DNA from: Chloroflexota bacterium
GTDB taxonomy: Bacteria > Chloroflexota > Limnocylindria > Limnocylindrales > CSP1-4
DNA length: 64,000 nt
Direction of reading: 5' to 3'
Assembly (NCBI GenBank): GCA_046045415.1
Contig: JBJOLT010000032.1
Span: 4,578 to 68,577 of the forward strand
A model generated the notes under the pieces. That model did not search any database. It saw only the letters and a program-made list of their open reading frames with translations, and was not told where the DNA came from. Of this stretch, positions 45,514 through 54,886 are shown piece by piece. The first letter of the stretch is position 1. The number at the start of each line of letters is the position of its first letter. A program made the translations under genes and the position numbers.

Positions 45514-48102
45514 TCAGCCGCCCTGGACGACGACCGGCGGCTGGTCCGTCGAGGGGAACGGTCGCTGCGGGACCCGGGGTTCCGACTCCCGACCCGACCC
45601 GCCGCCGTCGCGCGGTGCCGTCGGCGGCGCAGGCGGGAGCGGCTCCGGACGCCGCCGGAGCGCGGCGCCGAGCACCTGGTCCATCGACTCGACGAGCGTC
45701 AGCTCGATCTGGCTCCGGATCTCCTGCGGGATGTCGCGGAGGTCCTTCTCGTTCCGCTTCGGCAGGATCACCCGCTTCGCCCCGGAGAGGTGCGCCGCGA
45801 GGATCTTGCTCTTCAGCCCGCCGATCGGGAGGACCCGCCCGCGGAGCGTGATCTCGCCGGTCATCGCGACGTCCTTGTTCACCGGGATCCCGGTGAACGC
45901 GCTCACCATCGCGGTCGCCATCGTGATCCCCGCGGACGGACCGTCCTTCGGGATCGCGCCGGCCGGGACGTGGATGTGGAGCGTGTTCTTCTCGAACGTC
46001 TCCCGGGGGATCCCGAGCTCGTTCGCGTGGGCCCGGATCCAGGAGAGGGCGGCCCGTGCCGACTCGCGCATCACGTCGCCGAGCTGGCCGGTGAGGATGA
46101 AGTCCTCCTTCCCCTCCATCTTCGTCACCTCGACGGCGATCACGTCGCCGCCCACCTCGGTCACGACGAGCCCGGTCGCGGCGCCGATCTGGTCCTCCGG
46201 CTCCAGCTCCCCGTACTCGAAGCGCGGCGGTCCGAGGTACTCCTCGACGCGCTTCGTGTCGACGACGGTCTTCCGCTTCCTGCCCTCGGCGACCGTCCGC
46301 GCGACCTTCCGCATGATGTTCGCGAGCTCGCGCTCGAGGTTCCTGACGCCCGCCTCGTGCGTGTACGCCTGGACGAGCGTCGTCATCGCGTCGTCGGCGA
46401 TCCCCACGAGCTTCTCGGAGAGCCCGTGGTTCTCCATCTGCTTCGGGATGAGGTAGCGCCGCCCGATCTCGATCTTCTCCTGCTGGGTGTAGCCGGGGAG
46501 CTGGATCACCTCCATCCGGTCGCGGAGCGGCGCCGGGATCGGGTCGAGGAGGTTCGCGGTCGCGATGAAGAGCACCTTCGAGAGGTCGAAGGGCACCTCG
46601 AGGTAGTTGTCCTGGAACGAGTTGTTCTGCTCCGGGTCGAGGACCTCCAGGAGGGCGGACGACGGGTCGCCCCGGAAGTCCATCCCGATCTTGTCCACCT
46701 CGTCGAGCATGAAGACGGGGTTGTTCGTCCCGGCGGACTTCACGTTCTGGATCACCCGGCCCGGGAGCGCACCGATGTACGTCCGGCGGTGGCCGCGGAT
46801 CTCCGCCTCGTCGTGGATCCCGCCGAGGCTCATCCGGACGAACTTCCGCCCCATCGCCCGCGCGATCGACTTGCCGAGCGACGTCTTGCCGACGCCCGGA
46901 GGTCCGACGAAGCAGAGGATGGGCGAGCGGACCTCCGGCGCGAGGCTCCGGACCGCGAGGTACTCGACGATCCGCTCCTTGATCTTCTCGAGGCCGTAGT
47001 GGTCCTCGTCGAGGATCTGGGCCGCCTCCTTGATGTCGAGCCGGTCGTCGGTCGAGACGTTCCACGGGAGGCCGACGAGCCAGTCGACGTAGGTCCGGAT
47101 GACCCCGACCTCCGGCGACGCCGACGGGATCCGGCTCATCCGGTCGATCTCCTTGACCGCCCGGGCCTTGATCTCGTCCGGCATCCCGGCGGTCTCGACC
47201 TTGTCGCGGAGCTCGTTCACCTCCGCCTGCTGCGGGTCGTCCTCGCCGAGCTCGCGCTGGATCGCCTTGAGCTGCTCGCGGAGGATGTACTCCCGCTGGG
47301 TCTTGTCCATCTCGGACTTGACCTCGCTCTGGATCTTCCCCTTGAGCTCGAGGATCTCGACCTGGCGGGCAAGGAAGGCGCTGACGAGCTTCAGCCGCTC
47401 GACGACGTCGACCGTCTCGAGGAGCTCCTGGCGCTGCTCGGTCGTCATGTCCGGGCTGTACGCGACCATGTCCGCGAGGAGGCCCGGCTCGTTGATGTTC
47501 CGCGCCGCGACGGCCGCCTCCGGCGGGACCGGGGCCCCGTTCGCGACGTACTGCTCCATCTGGCCCTGGACCGTCCGCATCAGCGCCTGGATCTCGACGC
47601 CGCTCGGGCTCTCGTCCTCGATCTCCTCGATCCGGGCGATCAGGTACGGGGTCGTCGAGGTGAAGCCGAGGACCCGCAGCCGGCCCTGACCCTGGACGAT
47701 CGCGCGGACCGTCCCGTCCTGGAGCGCGACGACCTGGGCGATCTTGCCGAGCGTCCCGACCTCGTAGAGCTCCTTCGGGTCGGCGATCTCCTCGCGGTCG
47801 GCCTGGCGCTGGGTCACGAGCGCGATCGGGCCGCCCTCGGCGACGGCGGCGTTCAGCGCCTTCACGCTCTTCTCCCGGCCCACCTGGAGCGGGACGATCA
47901 TCTCCGGGAAGATCACCGTCTCGCGGAGCGCGACGAGCGGCAGCTCGCGGATGCGCGAGGCGCCGGCCCCCTCCTCATCGGGAGTGGCGGCGGGCGGCGT
48001 CGGGAGGTCGGATGACGACTCGGCGCCGGGCGTGGCGTCGCCCGGCTCGTCGCCTGCGGCGGCGCGGAACGGCTCGCCGGGATCGGTGGGTCGTGTGGTC
48101 AT
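45514..48102 (-). CDS. lon: ATP-dependent Lon protease (La)
   Basis: Lon N-domain, AAA+ 'GPPGVGKTSLGKSIA', protease 'PKDGPSAGITMATAMVSAFT' Ser-Lys dyad region. Confidence 0.95.
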   Translation of the reverse strand: MTTRPTDPGEPFRAAAGDEPGDATPGAESSSDLPTPPAATPDEEGAGASRIRELPLVALRETVIFPEMIVPLQVGREKSVKALNAAVAEGGPIALVTQRQADREEIADPKELYEVGTLGKIAQVVALQDGTVRAIVQGQGRLRVLGFTSTTPYLIARIEEIEDESPSGVEIQALMRTVQGQMEQYVANGAPVPPEAAVAARNINEPGLLADMVAYSPDMTTEQRQELLETVDVVERLKLVSAFLARQVEILELKGKIQSEVKSEMDKTQREYILREQLKAIQRELGEDDPQQAEVNELRDKVETAGMPDEIKARAVKEIDRMSRIPSASPEVGVIRTYVDWLVGLPWNVSTDDRLDIKEAAQILDEDHYGLEKIKERIVEYLAVRSLAPEVRSPILCFVGPPGVGKTSLGKSIARAMGRKFVRMSLGGIHDEAEIRGHRRTYIGALPGRVIQNVKSAGTNNPVFMLDEVDKIGMDFRGDPSSALLEVLDPEQNNSFQDNYLEVPFDLSKVLFIATANLLDPIPAPLRDRMEVIQLPGYTQQEKIEIGRRYLIPKQMENHGLSEKLVGIADDAMTTLVQAYTHEAGVRNLERELANIMRKVARTVAEGRKRKTVVDTKRVEEYLGPPRFEYGELEPEDQIGAATGLVVTEVGGDVIAVEVTKMEGKEDFILTGQLGDVMRESARAALSWIRAHANELGIPRETFEKNTLHIHVPAGAIPKDGPSAGITMATAMVSAFTGIPVNKDVAMTGEITLRGRVLPIGGLKSKILAAHLSGAKRVILPKRNEKDLRDIPQEIRSQIELTLVESMDQVLGAALRRRPEPLPPAPPTAPRDGGGSGRESEPRVPQRPFPSTDQPPVVVQGG

Positions 48103-48139
48103 GCGCGGCTCCCCTCGGTTCGTCCTGATCTCACTTCGT

Positions 48140-48487
48140 TCAGCGCCGCCCGCCGGACGGGTTCCCCGCTCGTCCGGCGGCGGAGCGCGACCCCTCGTCG
48201 AAGAGCCGCTCGAGGATCCTCGTCCCGAGGCGTTCCTCGAGCTCGAAGAGGATCCGGACGCCCGCGAGGTTCACCCCGCGGTCCTGGGTCAGGTGGCGGA
48301 TCCAGAGGATCCGCCGGATGTCGTTGTCGCTGTAGAGGCGGATGTTCGTCGGCGTCCGCGCCGGCGAGACCAGGCCCTCGTCCTCGTAGATCCGGAGCGT
48401 CCGTGGGTGGACGCTCAGGATGCTCGCCGCCACGCTGATCACGTAGACGGGTCGGGCGGGGTCCTGGTCCGGCCGGCGGAACGTCAT
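48140..48487 (-). CDS. hspR: MerR-family heat-shock repressor HspR (start at internal MTFRRPD)
   Basis: 'VYVISVAASILSVHPRTLRIYEDEGLVSPART...RLYSDNDIRRILWIRHL...NLAGVRIL' HspR/MerR HTH pattern; hsp20-hspR-lon-dnaJ-clpB context. Confidence 0.8.
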   Translation of the reverse strand: MTFRRPDQDPARPVYVISVAASILSVHPRTLRIYEDEGLVSPARTPTNIRLYSDNDIRRILWIRHLTQDRGVNLAGVRILFELEERLGTRILERLFDEGSRSAAGRAGNPSGGRR

Positions 48488-48518
48488 CGACTCGTCGTCC
48501 GGCGCCGCGGTCCGGCCG

Positions 48519-49049
48519 TCACCGGTCCGATCCGGAGGCGCCGGCGGCCTTCGTGCCATCGGTCTCGCTCCCGGTCGCGCCCGTCGGGCCGGTGGCCACA
48601 CGCGGCGAGATCGTGATCCGCCGCGGCTTCACCGCCTCGGCGCGCGGGATCCTGATCCGGAGGAGCCCGTCCTCGAAGGTCGCCTCGGCCTTCTCGGCCT
48701 CGAGGCCCTCGGGGAGCGTCACCGTCCGCGACATCTCGCCGCGGCGGATCTCCTGGACGAGGTACTCGCCCTCCTCCCCGGCCTCGCGCCGCTCCTCGGC
48801 GGTCCGGGCGCGGATCGTCAGCGTCCCCTGCTCGATCGTCAGCTCGACGTCGTCCGGCTTCACGCCCGGGAGCGCGGCCTCGACGAGGACCGAGTCGCGG
48901 TCGTGCCGGATGTCGAGCGGGAGGACCCCGCCGAGCCCCGCGAGGATGGAGCGGGTGGGTCGGACGTAGCTGTCCTCGAAGAGTCGGTCCATCGCCTGCC
49001 GAAGGGACATCAGCTCCCCGAACGGCGACGGACGGCGGATGAGCGTCAT
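48519..49049 (-). CDS. Hsp20/alpha-crystallin family small heat-shock protein
   Basis: 'PLDIRHDRDSVLVEAALPGVKPDDVELTIEQGTLTIRAR...YLVQEIRRGEMSRTVTLPEGLEAEKAEATFEDGLLRIRIP' alpha-crystallin domain. Confidence 0.85.
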   Translation of the reverse strand: MTLIRRPSPFGELMSLRQAMDRLFEDSYVRPTRSILAGLGGVLPLDIRHDRDSVLVEAALPGVKPDDVELTIEQGTLTIRARTAEERREAGEEGEYLVQEIRRGEMSRTVTLPEGLEAEKAEATFEDGLLRIRIPRAEAVKPRRITISPRVATGPTGATGSETDGTKAAGASGSDR

Positions 49050-49112
49050 CGCGCAACACCTCCGTGTCGTCTCGCCCGCGCCGGACCCCCGTGGCCGACG
49101 CTGACATGGGAG

Positions 49113-49143
49113 AGGATAGAACCCTTACAACGATGTTGTCAAG
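49113..49143 (-). promoter_or_regulatory. candidate sigma70-type promoter (-35 TTGACA, 18-nt spacer, -10 TATCCT) for hsp20 operon, overlapped by imperfect inverted repeat CTTACAAC-N4-GTTGTCAAG (possible HspR operator)
   Basis: Read on minus strand in the only low-GC island of the 300-nt spacer upstream of hsp20; GGAGG 7 nt before the hsp20 ATG; coordinates +/-2. Confidence 0.35.
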
Positions 49144-49349
49144 TCAGTTATCCACATCGATGCTCTCAGATGTGTGCGTCTTGCTGTGCCGAAAGTCGGG
49201 CCCGGATCGGATGGCCGGGCGCGCCGGCCGACCGCACCGGCGGACGGTGCCGGGAGACGGGCACGGCGATGACGCCCGCGGGGGCGGGGAGGGCGTCGGG
49301 GGCCGGGGGAGTCCGTCCGGGGGACGCGCCCCCCGGGGGGGCGCGACCG

Positions 49350-50045
49350 CTAGGCGAGGTCGCCGGTCGAGAGCGTGTCGGCCGGGACCCCGCCGAGGAG
49401 CGCGCCGTGGAGCCCGACGGAGCAGTCGGGCCGGCCGATCGCGATCACCTTGTCTCCCGGCGCGAGGATCGTGTCGGGTCGCCCGACGAGCGCCGACCCG
49501 CCCCGGACGACGGCGAGGATCGTGCACCCCTCCGGCAGCGAGATCTCGCGGAGCGGCCGGCCGATCGCCGGCGACGCCTCGTCGAGGAGCGCCTCGATCA
49601 GCTCGAGCTCACCCTGGCCGAGCGCGGCGAGGTGGAGGAGCTCGTGGACCGGGATGTCCTGCTCCATCGCGCCGAGGATCATCCGGGTCGGCGAGATGAT
49701 CTCGTCGACGCCGAGGTGCTTGAAGAGCCGCTCGTTCTTCGGGTTGTTCACCCGGGCGATCGTCCGCGGGACGTCGAAGTGGTGCTTCGCCATCTGGCAG
49801 ATCACGAGGTTGTCCTCGTCGTCCCCGGTCACCGCCGCGACGATGTCCGCCCGCTCCGCCCCGGCCTCCTCGAGATGCTTCCCTTCGCAGCCGTCCTGCG
49901 CGAGGACGATCGAGCCGATCTCGTCGGCGATCTGGTCCGCCCGCCCGCGCTCCTTCTCGAGGAGGACGACCTCGTGGCTCGCCTCGAGGAGCTCCTTCGT
50001 CAGGTAGTAGCCCACCTTCCCGCCGCCGACGACGATCACGAACAT
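49350..50045 (-). CDS. trkA: TrkA/RCK-family K+ transport regulatory protein (TrkA-N Rossmann + TrkA-C)
   Basis: 'MFVIVVGGGKVGYYLTKELLEASHEVVLLEKE' NAD-binding fold, C-terminal 'GRPLREISLPEGCTILAVVRGG' RCK-C. Confidence 0.85.
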   Translation of the reverse strand: MFVIVVGGGKVGYYLTKELLEASHEVVLLEKERGRADQIADEIGSIVLAQDGCEGKHLEEAGAERADIVAAVTGDDEDNLVICQMAKHHFDVPRTIARVNNPKNERLFKHLGVDEIISPTRMILGAMEQDIPVHELLHLAALGQGELELIEALLDEASPAIGRPLREISLPEGCTILAVVRGGSALVGRPDTILAPGDKVIAIGRPDCSVGLHGALLGGVPADTLSTGDLA

Positions 50046-50050
50046 CGCGC

Positions 50051-50587
50051 TCAGCCCTCCCGTCCGACGGCCGGGGCCGTCCCGTCGCCGGACGCAGTAC
50101 CGCTTCCCGGGGCCGAGGCCGGCGCGTGCTGCCCGTCCGGGTCCGGGTGGCCGCCGGTCGGCGCGATGACCCCGGGCCGCGGCTCCACCCGCTCGCCGAG
50201 GAAGCCGAGGAGCGAGTCGACGAGGATGCTCGTCCGGCAGAGGACCGGGAGGCCGAGCGCGGCGTACGCCTCCGCCCGGACCGGATCGTTCACCTTCGCC
50301 ACGACCCTCGTCGCGCCGAGGTGCTCGAGCGCGATCTGCGCCGCCATCACGTTCCGGTTGTCGCCCTCGGTCAGCGCGAGGAAGATGTCCGCGCCCTCGG
50401 CGCCCGCCCGCCGCAGGACGTCCTCGTCGGTCCCGTTCCCGCGGACCGCATTGCCGCCGAAGCCGTCCGGGAGCCGGTCGAACGAGCGGGTCGAGATGTC
50501 GACGACGACGACCCGATGGCCGGCGCGGTCGTAGTGCTCGGCGACGAGCGACCCGACGCGGCCGCAGCCGACGATGACCACCTTCAT
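50051..50587 (-). CDS. TrkA-N (RCK N-terminal, NAD-binding) domain protein; start at internal MKVVIVG (ATGA overlap with usp)
   Basis: 'MKVVIVGCGRVGSLVAEHYDRAGHRVVVVDIS' Rossmann motif. Confidence 0.75.
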   Translation of the reverse strand: MKVVIVGCGRVGSLVAEHYDRAGHRVVVVDISTRSFDRLPDGFGGNAVRGNGTDEDVLRRAGAEGADIFLALTEGDNRNVMAAQIALEHLGATRVVAKVNDPVRAEAYAALGLPVLCRTSILVDSLLGFLGERVEPRPGVIAPTGGHPDPDGQHAPASAPGSGTASGDGTAPAVGREG

Positions 50588-51075
50588 CCGACGACCTCCG
50601 GCGCCTCGCGGATCACCCAGACCCGGCATGACGCGTTCTTGAAGCAGTAGGGGACGGTGCGCCCGATGGCGAAGTCGCCGCCGAAGCGCGTCCGGTAGGG
50701 GAGGGAGAGGACGAGGAGGTCCGCCCCCCGTTCGCTCGCCTCGTCCACGAGCGCCGCCCCGACGTCGCGCGCCTGGAGCAGGACCGTCTCGATCGGGTGG
50801 TGCACCGCCTCGGCGACCCCCTCGGCGAGATCGAGGATCTGCTGCGCCTCGCTCGAGGTGGACGCGATCGGCGCGTCGATCGGGTGGGTCCAGTCGATCT
50901 CGACGATGTGGACGACGACGACCTCCGCCTTCGACTGACGGGCCATCTCGCAGGTGAGGCGGACGAGGGCGGCGTCGCCGGGGCCGCCGTTCACCCCCAC
51001 GACGGCGCGGCGGAACGCTCCCGGGTTCGGATCCGACACGCGTGCTGGCTCCCTTCTCCGGCGCGACGATACCAC
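50584..51075 (-). CDS. universal stress protein (UspA family)
   Basis: 'RAVVGVNGGPGDAALVRLTCEMARQSKAEVVVVHIVE ... LLVLSLPYRTRFGGDFAIGRTVPYCFKNASCRVWVI' USP fold pattern. Confidence 0.8.
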   Translation of the reverse strand: MVSSRRRREPARVSDPNPGAFRRAVVGVNGGPGDAALVRLTCEMARQSKAEVVVVHIVEIDWTHPIDAPIASTSSEAQQILDLAEGVAEAVHHPIETVLLQARDVGAALVDEASERGADLLVLSLPYRTRFGGDFAIGRTVPYCFKNASCRVWVIREAPEVVG

Positions 51076-51106
51076 CGGGGGCGCGCGGCCACCGGCGCGT
51101 CGGCCG

Positions 51107-53107
51107 TCAGTGCGTCCTGCGGTACGGGACGTCCGCGATGACGGTGTGCTCCCGTCCGACGAGGGCGGCCTTCAGGCGCCGCGCGGTCTGGTTGTAGAGG
51201 ACGCGGTCCCACCAGCGTCGGGCGACGTACTCGGGGAGGACGACGATCGTCGTCGGCGCCTCCTTGTCCGGCGGCCACGCCTGGTCGAGGACGTCGAGGT
51301 AGGCGACGAACGGACCGACGAGCGCGCGGTACGGGCTCTCGACGACGACGAACGTCACATCCGGGAACTGGCGCTCCCAGCGGGTCCGGAGCTCGTCGGC
51401 CGTCTCCGCCTCGTCGGTCACGTAGACCGCGCGGACGTCGTCCCCGAGCGCCCGGCCGAAGTTCACCGCCTGGACCACCGCCCGGTTGATCCCCGCGACC
51501 GGGATGACGACCCGCTGCTCGCGGTGCGGCGGCGCGAACTCCACGTCGTCGGGGACCGCGAGCTCGGCGCCCTGCTGGCCGTACTGGCGGTGGATGAAGA
51601 GCATGACCGCCGTGATGATCGGGACGATGACGAGGACGATCCAGGCGCCCCGCTCGAACTTCGCCGCCGTGATGATCACCGACACCACCCCGGTGATCGC
51701 CGCGCCGACGAGGTTGACCCCGAGCTTCCATCGCCAGCCGCCGACCCGGTCGCCCGCCCAGTGGCGGACCATCCCCGCCTGCGAGAGCGTGAACGAGGCG
51801 AAGATCCCGACCGAGTAGAGCGGGATGAGGCCGGTGACCGAGCCGCCGAACAGGACGATGAAGATCGCCGCGACGACCGAGAGGATGACGATCCCCCAGC
51901 TGTACGCGAGCCGGTCGCCCCGGAAGCTGAACTGCCGCGGGAGGTAGCCGTCGATCGCGAGGATCTGCGCGAGTCGGGGAGCGCCGTTGAAGCCGGTGTT
52001 CGCCGCGAGGAGGAGGATGAGGGCGGTCGCCGCCTGGAAGACGAAGTACGGGCCCGACTCCCCGAAGGCGGCCCGCGCCACCTGGCTGATCACCGTCTCC
52101 GTCTCGCTCGGCACCACCCCGAACGCGGCGGCGAGGAGGCTGATCCCGACGAAGATCACCCCGAGGAGGACCGCCATGATCGTCAGCGTCGTCGCGGCGT
52201 TCCTCGACTCCGGCGGCTTGAAGGCAGGGACGCCGTTGCTGATCGCCTCGGTCCCGGTGAGGGCCACCGAGCCGAACGCGAACGCGCGGACGATGAGGAT
52301 CGCGCCGATCGCCTCGAACCCGCCCGGGGGCGGCTCGAGCACGGGCGTCGGGAAGCTCGCCCGCGGGTCGCCGGTGAGGATCATCCCGACACCGACGGCG
52401 ATGAGCGCGAGCGCGCCGCCGACGAAGAGGTAGGTGGGGAGCGCGAAGATGTTCCCCGACTCCCGGAGGCCGCGGAGGTTCGCGACGGTGAGGATCGCGA
52501 GGGCGGCGAGGCAGAGCTCGATCCGGAGCGGGATCAGCTCGGGGAAGACCGACGTCACCGCCGCGACGCCGGCGGCGGTCGAGACGGCGACGGTCATCAT
52601 GTAGTCGAAGAGGAGCGCCGCGGCCGCGACGAGCGCCGCGGTCCGGCTCACGTTCGCCTTCGCGACCGCGTACGCCCCGCCGCCCGACGGATACGCGTAG
52701 CAGATCTGCCGGTACGAGGTCGAGACGATGAGGAGGAGGACGGCGATCGCCATCGCGATCGGGACCGAGAAGACGAGCGCGGCCGTCCCGGCCGCGACGA
52801 GGATGTAGAGGATCTCCTCGGACGCGTACGTCGACGAGCTGATCGCATCCGAGCTGAAGATCGCGAGCGCCTTCGTCTTCGGGACGCGTTCGCCGATCTC
52901 CTCCTCGCTCGCGAGCGGCCGGCCGATGAGGACGCGCTTCACCGCCGCGACGAAGCGGCCACCGCTCGTCTGCGGCGCGCTCGCCGCCTCCTTCGCGACG
53001 AACTGGTCCCGTCCGGTGAAGCGGAAGTAGGGGGCGTGCGGGCGCTCGACCCGGACGCGCTTGTCCGCGATCTTCCGGCCCGGGAGGGGGCGTCGGCCGC
53101 CGATCAC
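51107..53107 (-). CDS. kimA: KimA-type (APC-superfamily) K+/H+ symporter with C-terminal cytoplasmic regulatory domain (GTG start; N-terminal ~50 aa may be extension)
   Basis: Blocks 'KRVLIGRPLASEE', 'KTKALAIFSSDAISSSTYASEEIL', 'SYRQICYAYPSGGGAYAVAKANV', 'ANLRGLRESGNIFALPTYLFV', C-terminal 'VVIPVAGINRAVVQAVNFG...VRAVYVT' match KimA (YdaO) as I remember it. Confidence 0.75.
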   Translation of the reverse strand: MIGGRRPLPGRKIADKRVRVERPHAPYFRFTGRDQFVAKEAASAPQTSGGRFVAAVKRVLIGRPLASEEEIGERVPKTKALAIFSSDAISSSTYASEEILYILVAAGTAALVFSVPIAMAIAVLLLIVSTSYRQICYAYPSGGGAYAVAKANVSRTAALVAAAALLFDYMMTVAVSTAAGVAAVTSVFPELIPLRIELCLAALAILTVANLRGLRESGNIFALPTYLFVGGALALIAVGVGMILTGDPRASFPTPVLEPPPGGFEAIGAILIVRAFAFGSVALTGTEAISNGVPAFKPPESRNAATTLTIMAVLLGVIFVGISLLAAAFGVVPSETETVISQVARAAFGESGPYFVFQAATALILLLAANTGFNGAPRLAQILAIDGYLPRQFSFRGDRLAYSWGIVILSVVAAIFIVLFGGSVTGLIPLYSVGIFASFTLSQAGMVRHWAGDRVGGWRWKLGVNLVGAAITGVVSVIITAAKFERGAWIVLVIVPIITAVMLFIHRQYGQQGAELAVPDDVEFAPPHREQRVVIPVAGINRAVVQAVNFGRALGDDVRAVYVTDEAETADELRTRWERQFPDVTFVVVESPYRALVGPFVAYLDVLDQAWPPDKEAPTTIVVLPEYVARRWWDRVLYNQTARRLKAALVGREHTVIADVPYRRTH

Positions 53108-53111
53108 CGGA

Positions 53112-53831
53112 TCAGTGCCCGTGCTCGAGGCGAGCGGCCAGCCGCTCGGGAAGGCCGCGCGCCCGGATCGCCGCCTGGGTCGCCCGGATGTCGTACGCGA
53201 CGCGTCGCCACTCGACGGTCGCGGCGACCGGGTCGAGGATCGCGTAGCTCGCCCGCGGGTCGCCGTCGCGCGGCTGCCCGACGCTCCCCGGGTTGACGAG
53301 GGAACGGGTCCCCTCGAGCGAGAGCGGGACCGGGCCCGGGCCGGCCGAGCCGACCGTCCCGCCGGACGCCCGGAAGGCGACCGGGACGTGGGTGTGGCCG
53401 TTCAGGCAGTGGGGGGTCCCGAACGCCTCGAGGTTCTCCTTCGCGATCCCGGCCGAGACGACGTACTCCCACATCGGGTCCCGCGGGCTCCCGTGGACGA
53501 GCGTGAATGCGCCCTCGACGCTCCGCTCCGGGAGTGCCGCGAGCCACGCGCGCGTCCCGTCGGCGATCGCGTCGCGGGTCCAGAGCGCGGCGGTCCGCGC
53601 CTCGGGGTTGAAGAAGGAGGCGTCGTCATCGCCGGTCGCGACCGCGTCGTGGTTCCCCCGGACGCCCGTCGCCCCCCGTGCCGCGAGCCGGGCGACGACC
53701 CCGTCGGGATCCGGACCGTAGCCGACGACGTCCCCGAGGACCCAGATCCCGTCGACCTCGCCGGCATCGGCGAGGACGGCGTCGAGGGCGACGAGGTTCG
53801 AGTGGATGTCCGAGAGGACCGCGATCCGCAT
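53112..53831 (-). CDS. metallophosphoesterase (YfcE-like phosphodiesterase)
   Basis: 'MRIAVLSDIHSN', 'VLGDVVGYG', 'GNHD', 'GHTHVP' calcineurin-like motif set. Confidence 0.8.
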   Translation of the reverse strand: MRIAVLSDIHSNLVALDAVLADAGEVDGIWVLGDVVGYGPDPDGVVARLAARGATGVRGNHDAVATGDDDASFFNPEARTAALWTRDAIADGTRAWLAALPERSVEGAFTLVHGSPRDPMWEYVVSAGIAKENLEAFGTPHCLNGHTHVPVAFRASGGTVGSAGPGPVPLSLEGTRSLVNPGSVGQPRDGDPRASYAILDPVAATVEWRRVAYDIRATQAAIRARGLPERLAARLEHGH

Positions 53832-53882
53832 CGCGGATGAGCGTAGCAGGGGCGGCCCCGCCCGGCGGACGCCGCGAGGCGG

Positions 53883-54614
53883 TCAGCGGGTCGTGACGAC
53901 GACGAGCCGGTGGCCGGGGATCCCGGCGGCCGCGGCGCCCGGTGGATCGACGAGGCGGATCCTCCCGCCGTCGAGCGACCGGAGGCGGCGCTCCGCGGCC
54001 GCGATCTCGTCGCCGAGGTCGCCGCGCTTCCAGGCGACGAGCCGCCCGCCGGGGGCGAGGAGCGGCGCCGCCAGCCCGACGAGCTCCTCGAGCGAGGCGA
54101 CCGCGCGGGCGACGACGATCGGCCACCGGCCGCGGTGGGCCGGATCCCCGCCGAGCGCCTCGGCCCGCGCCGTGGCGACCGAGACGGCCCCGCCACGGAG
54201 CGACCCGAGCGCGACGAGGTCCGCCACCGCCGTCTCGAGGAAGCGCGCCTTCTTCCCGATCGACTCGACGAGGAGCGCCCGCCTCGCCGGCAGCGCGAGG
54301 GCGAGCGGGAGGCCCGGGAAGCCCCCGCCGCTCCCGATGTCGAGGAGGTCGGCCGCGCCGAGCTCGCGGAGGAGCGGGAGTGCCGCGAGGCTGTCGATCA
54401 CGTGGGCCGTCGCGACCCGCTCGGGGTCCCGGACCGCCGTCAGATTGATCGCCGCGGTCCAGGCGAGCAGGAGCCGGACGTGCGCCTCGATCCCCGTCCG
54501 CGAAGCCGGCGAGAGCTCGATCCCGAGCGCCTCGAGGCCGGCGTCGAGCGCCGTGCCGAAGCCGTCGGGGAGGGGAGGAAGGTCCGAGGAGCGCGACGGG
54601 AGCGGCACGCGCAT
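53883..54614 (-). CDS. rsmG: 16S rRNA (guanine527-N7)-methyltransferase RsmG/GidB (start at internal MRVPLP)
   Basis: 'LLDIGSGGGFPGLPLALAL', 'LLVESIGKKARFL', 'ARAVASLEELV' GidB blocks. Confidence 0.8.
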   Translation of the reverse strand: MRVPLPSRSSDLPPLPDGFGTALDAGLEALGIELSPASRTGIEAHVRLLLAWTAAINLTAVRDPERVATAHVIDSLAALPLLRELGAADLLDIGSGGGFPGLPLALALPARRALLVESIGKKARFLETAVADLVALGSLRGGAVSVATARAEALGGDPAHRGRWPIVVARAVASLEELVGLAAPLLAPGGRLVAWKRGDLGDEIAAAERRLRSLDGGRIRLVDPPGAAAAGIPGHRLVVVTTR

Positions 54615-54886
54615 CGGCGCGCCGCCCCCGGCGTCATCGCGATCGCGTCCGCCGACCGTTCGCGGTCTCACGCGGCCCACCCGGTTCTCGGCCGGGTCTC
54701 CCCGGGCCCCTCGTGGTGCGCGCTCCCCTGCCTCTCGGTCCGCTTCCGCGGACGACGGACGCTACGGCCCGCCGAGCGCGGGGTCAACGGGGTTATCCAC
54801 GGATCGACCGACCGCCGGCGAGGTCGTGGACAAACGATGGGCGCGGTCCCCGATCCGTCCACCGTCCCGCGCCCGGGTCGCGAGTC

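Noticed and set aside
49050-49349. Exact HspR HAIR consensus (CTTGAGT-N7-ACTCAAG) or CIRCE element upstream of hsp20
   Set aside because: No exact match was found. Only the imperfect palindrome reported above is present.
52930-53111. Possible c-di-AMP (ydaO-type) riboswitch leader in front of kimA
   Set aside because: The ~170 nt upstream of the conserved KimA N-terminus is in-frame with the GTG at 53107, shows strong GC3 coding bias, and leaves only 4 nt to the upstream gene. I saw no riboswitch-like consensus.
54615-54886. 272-nt gene-free spacer between csoR and rsmG as a possible sRNA or oriC-proximal element
   Set aside because: I could not support a structured RNA, DnaA-box cluster or small ORF by eye. 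parA/parB and dnaA are not adjacent, so this is probably just the rsmG promoter region.
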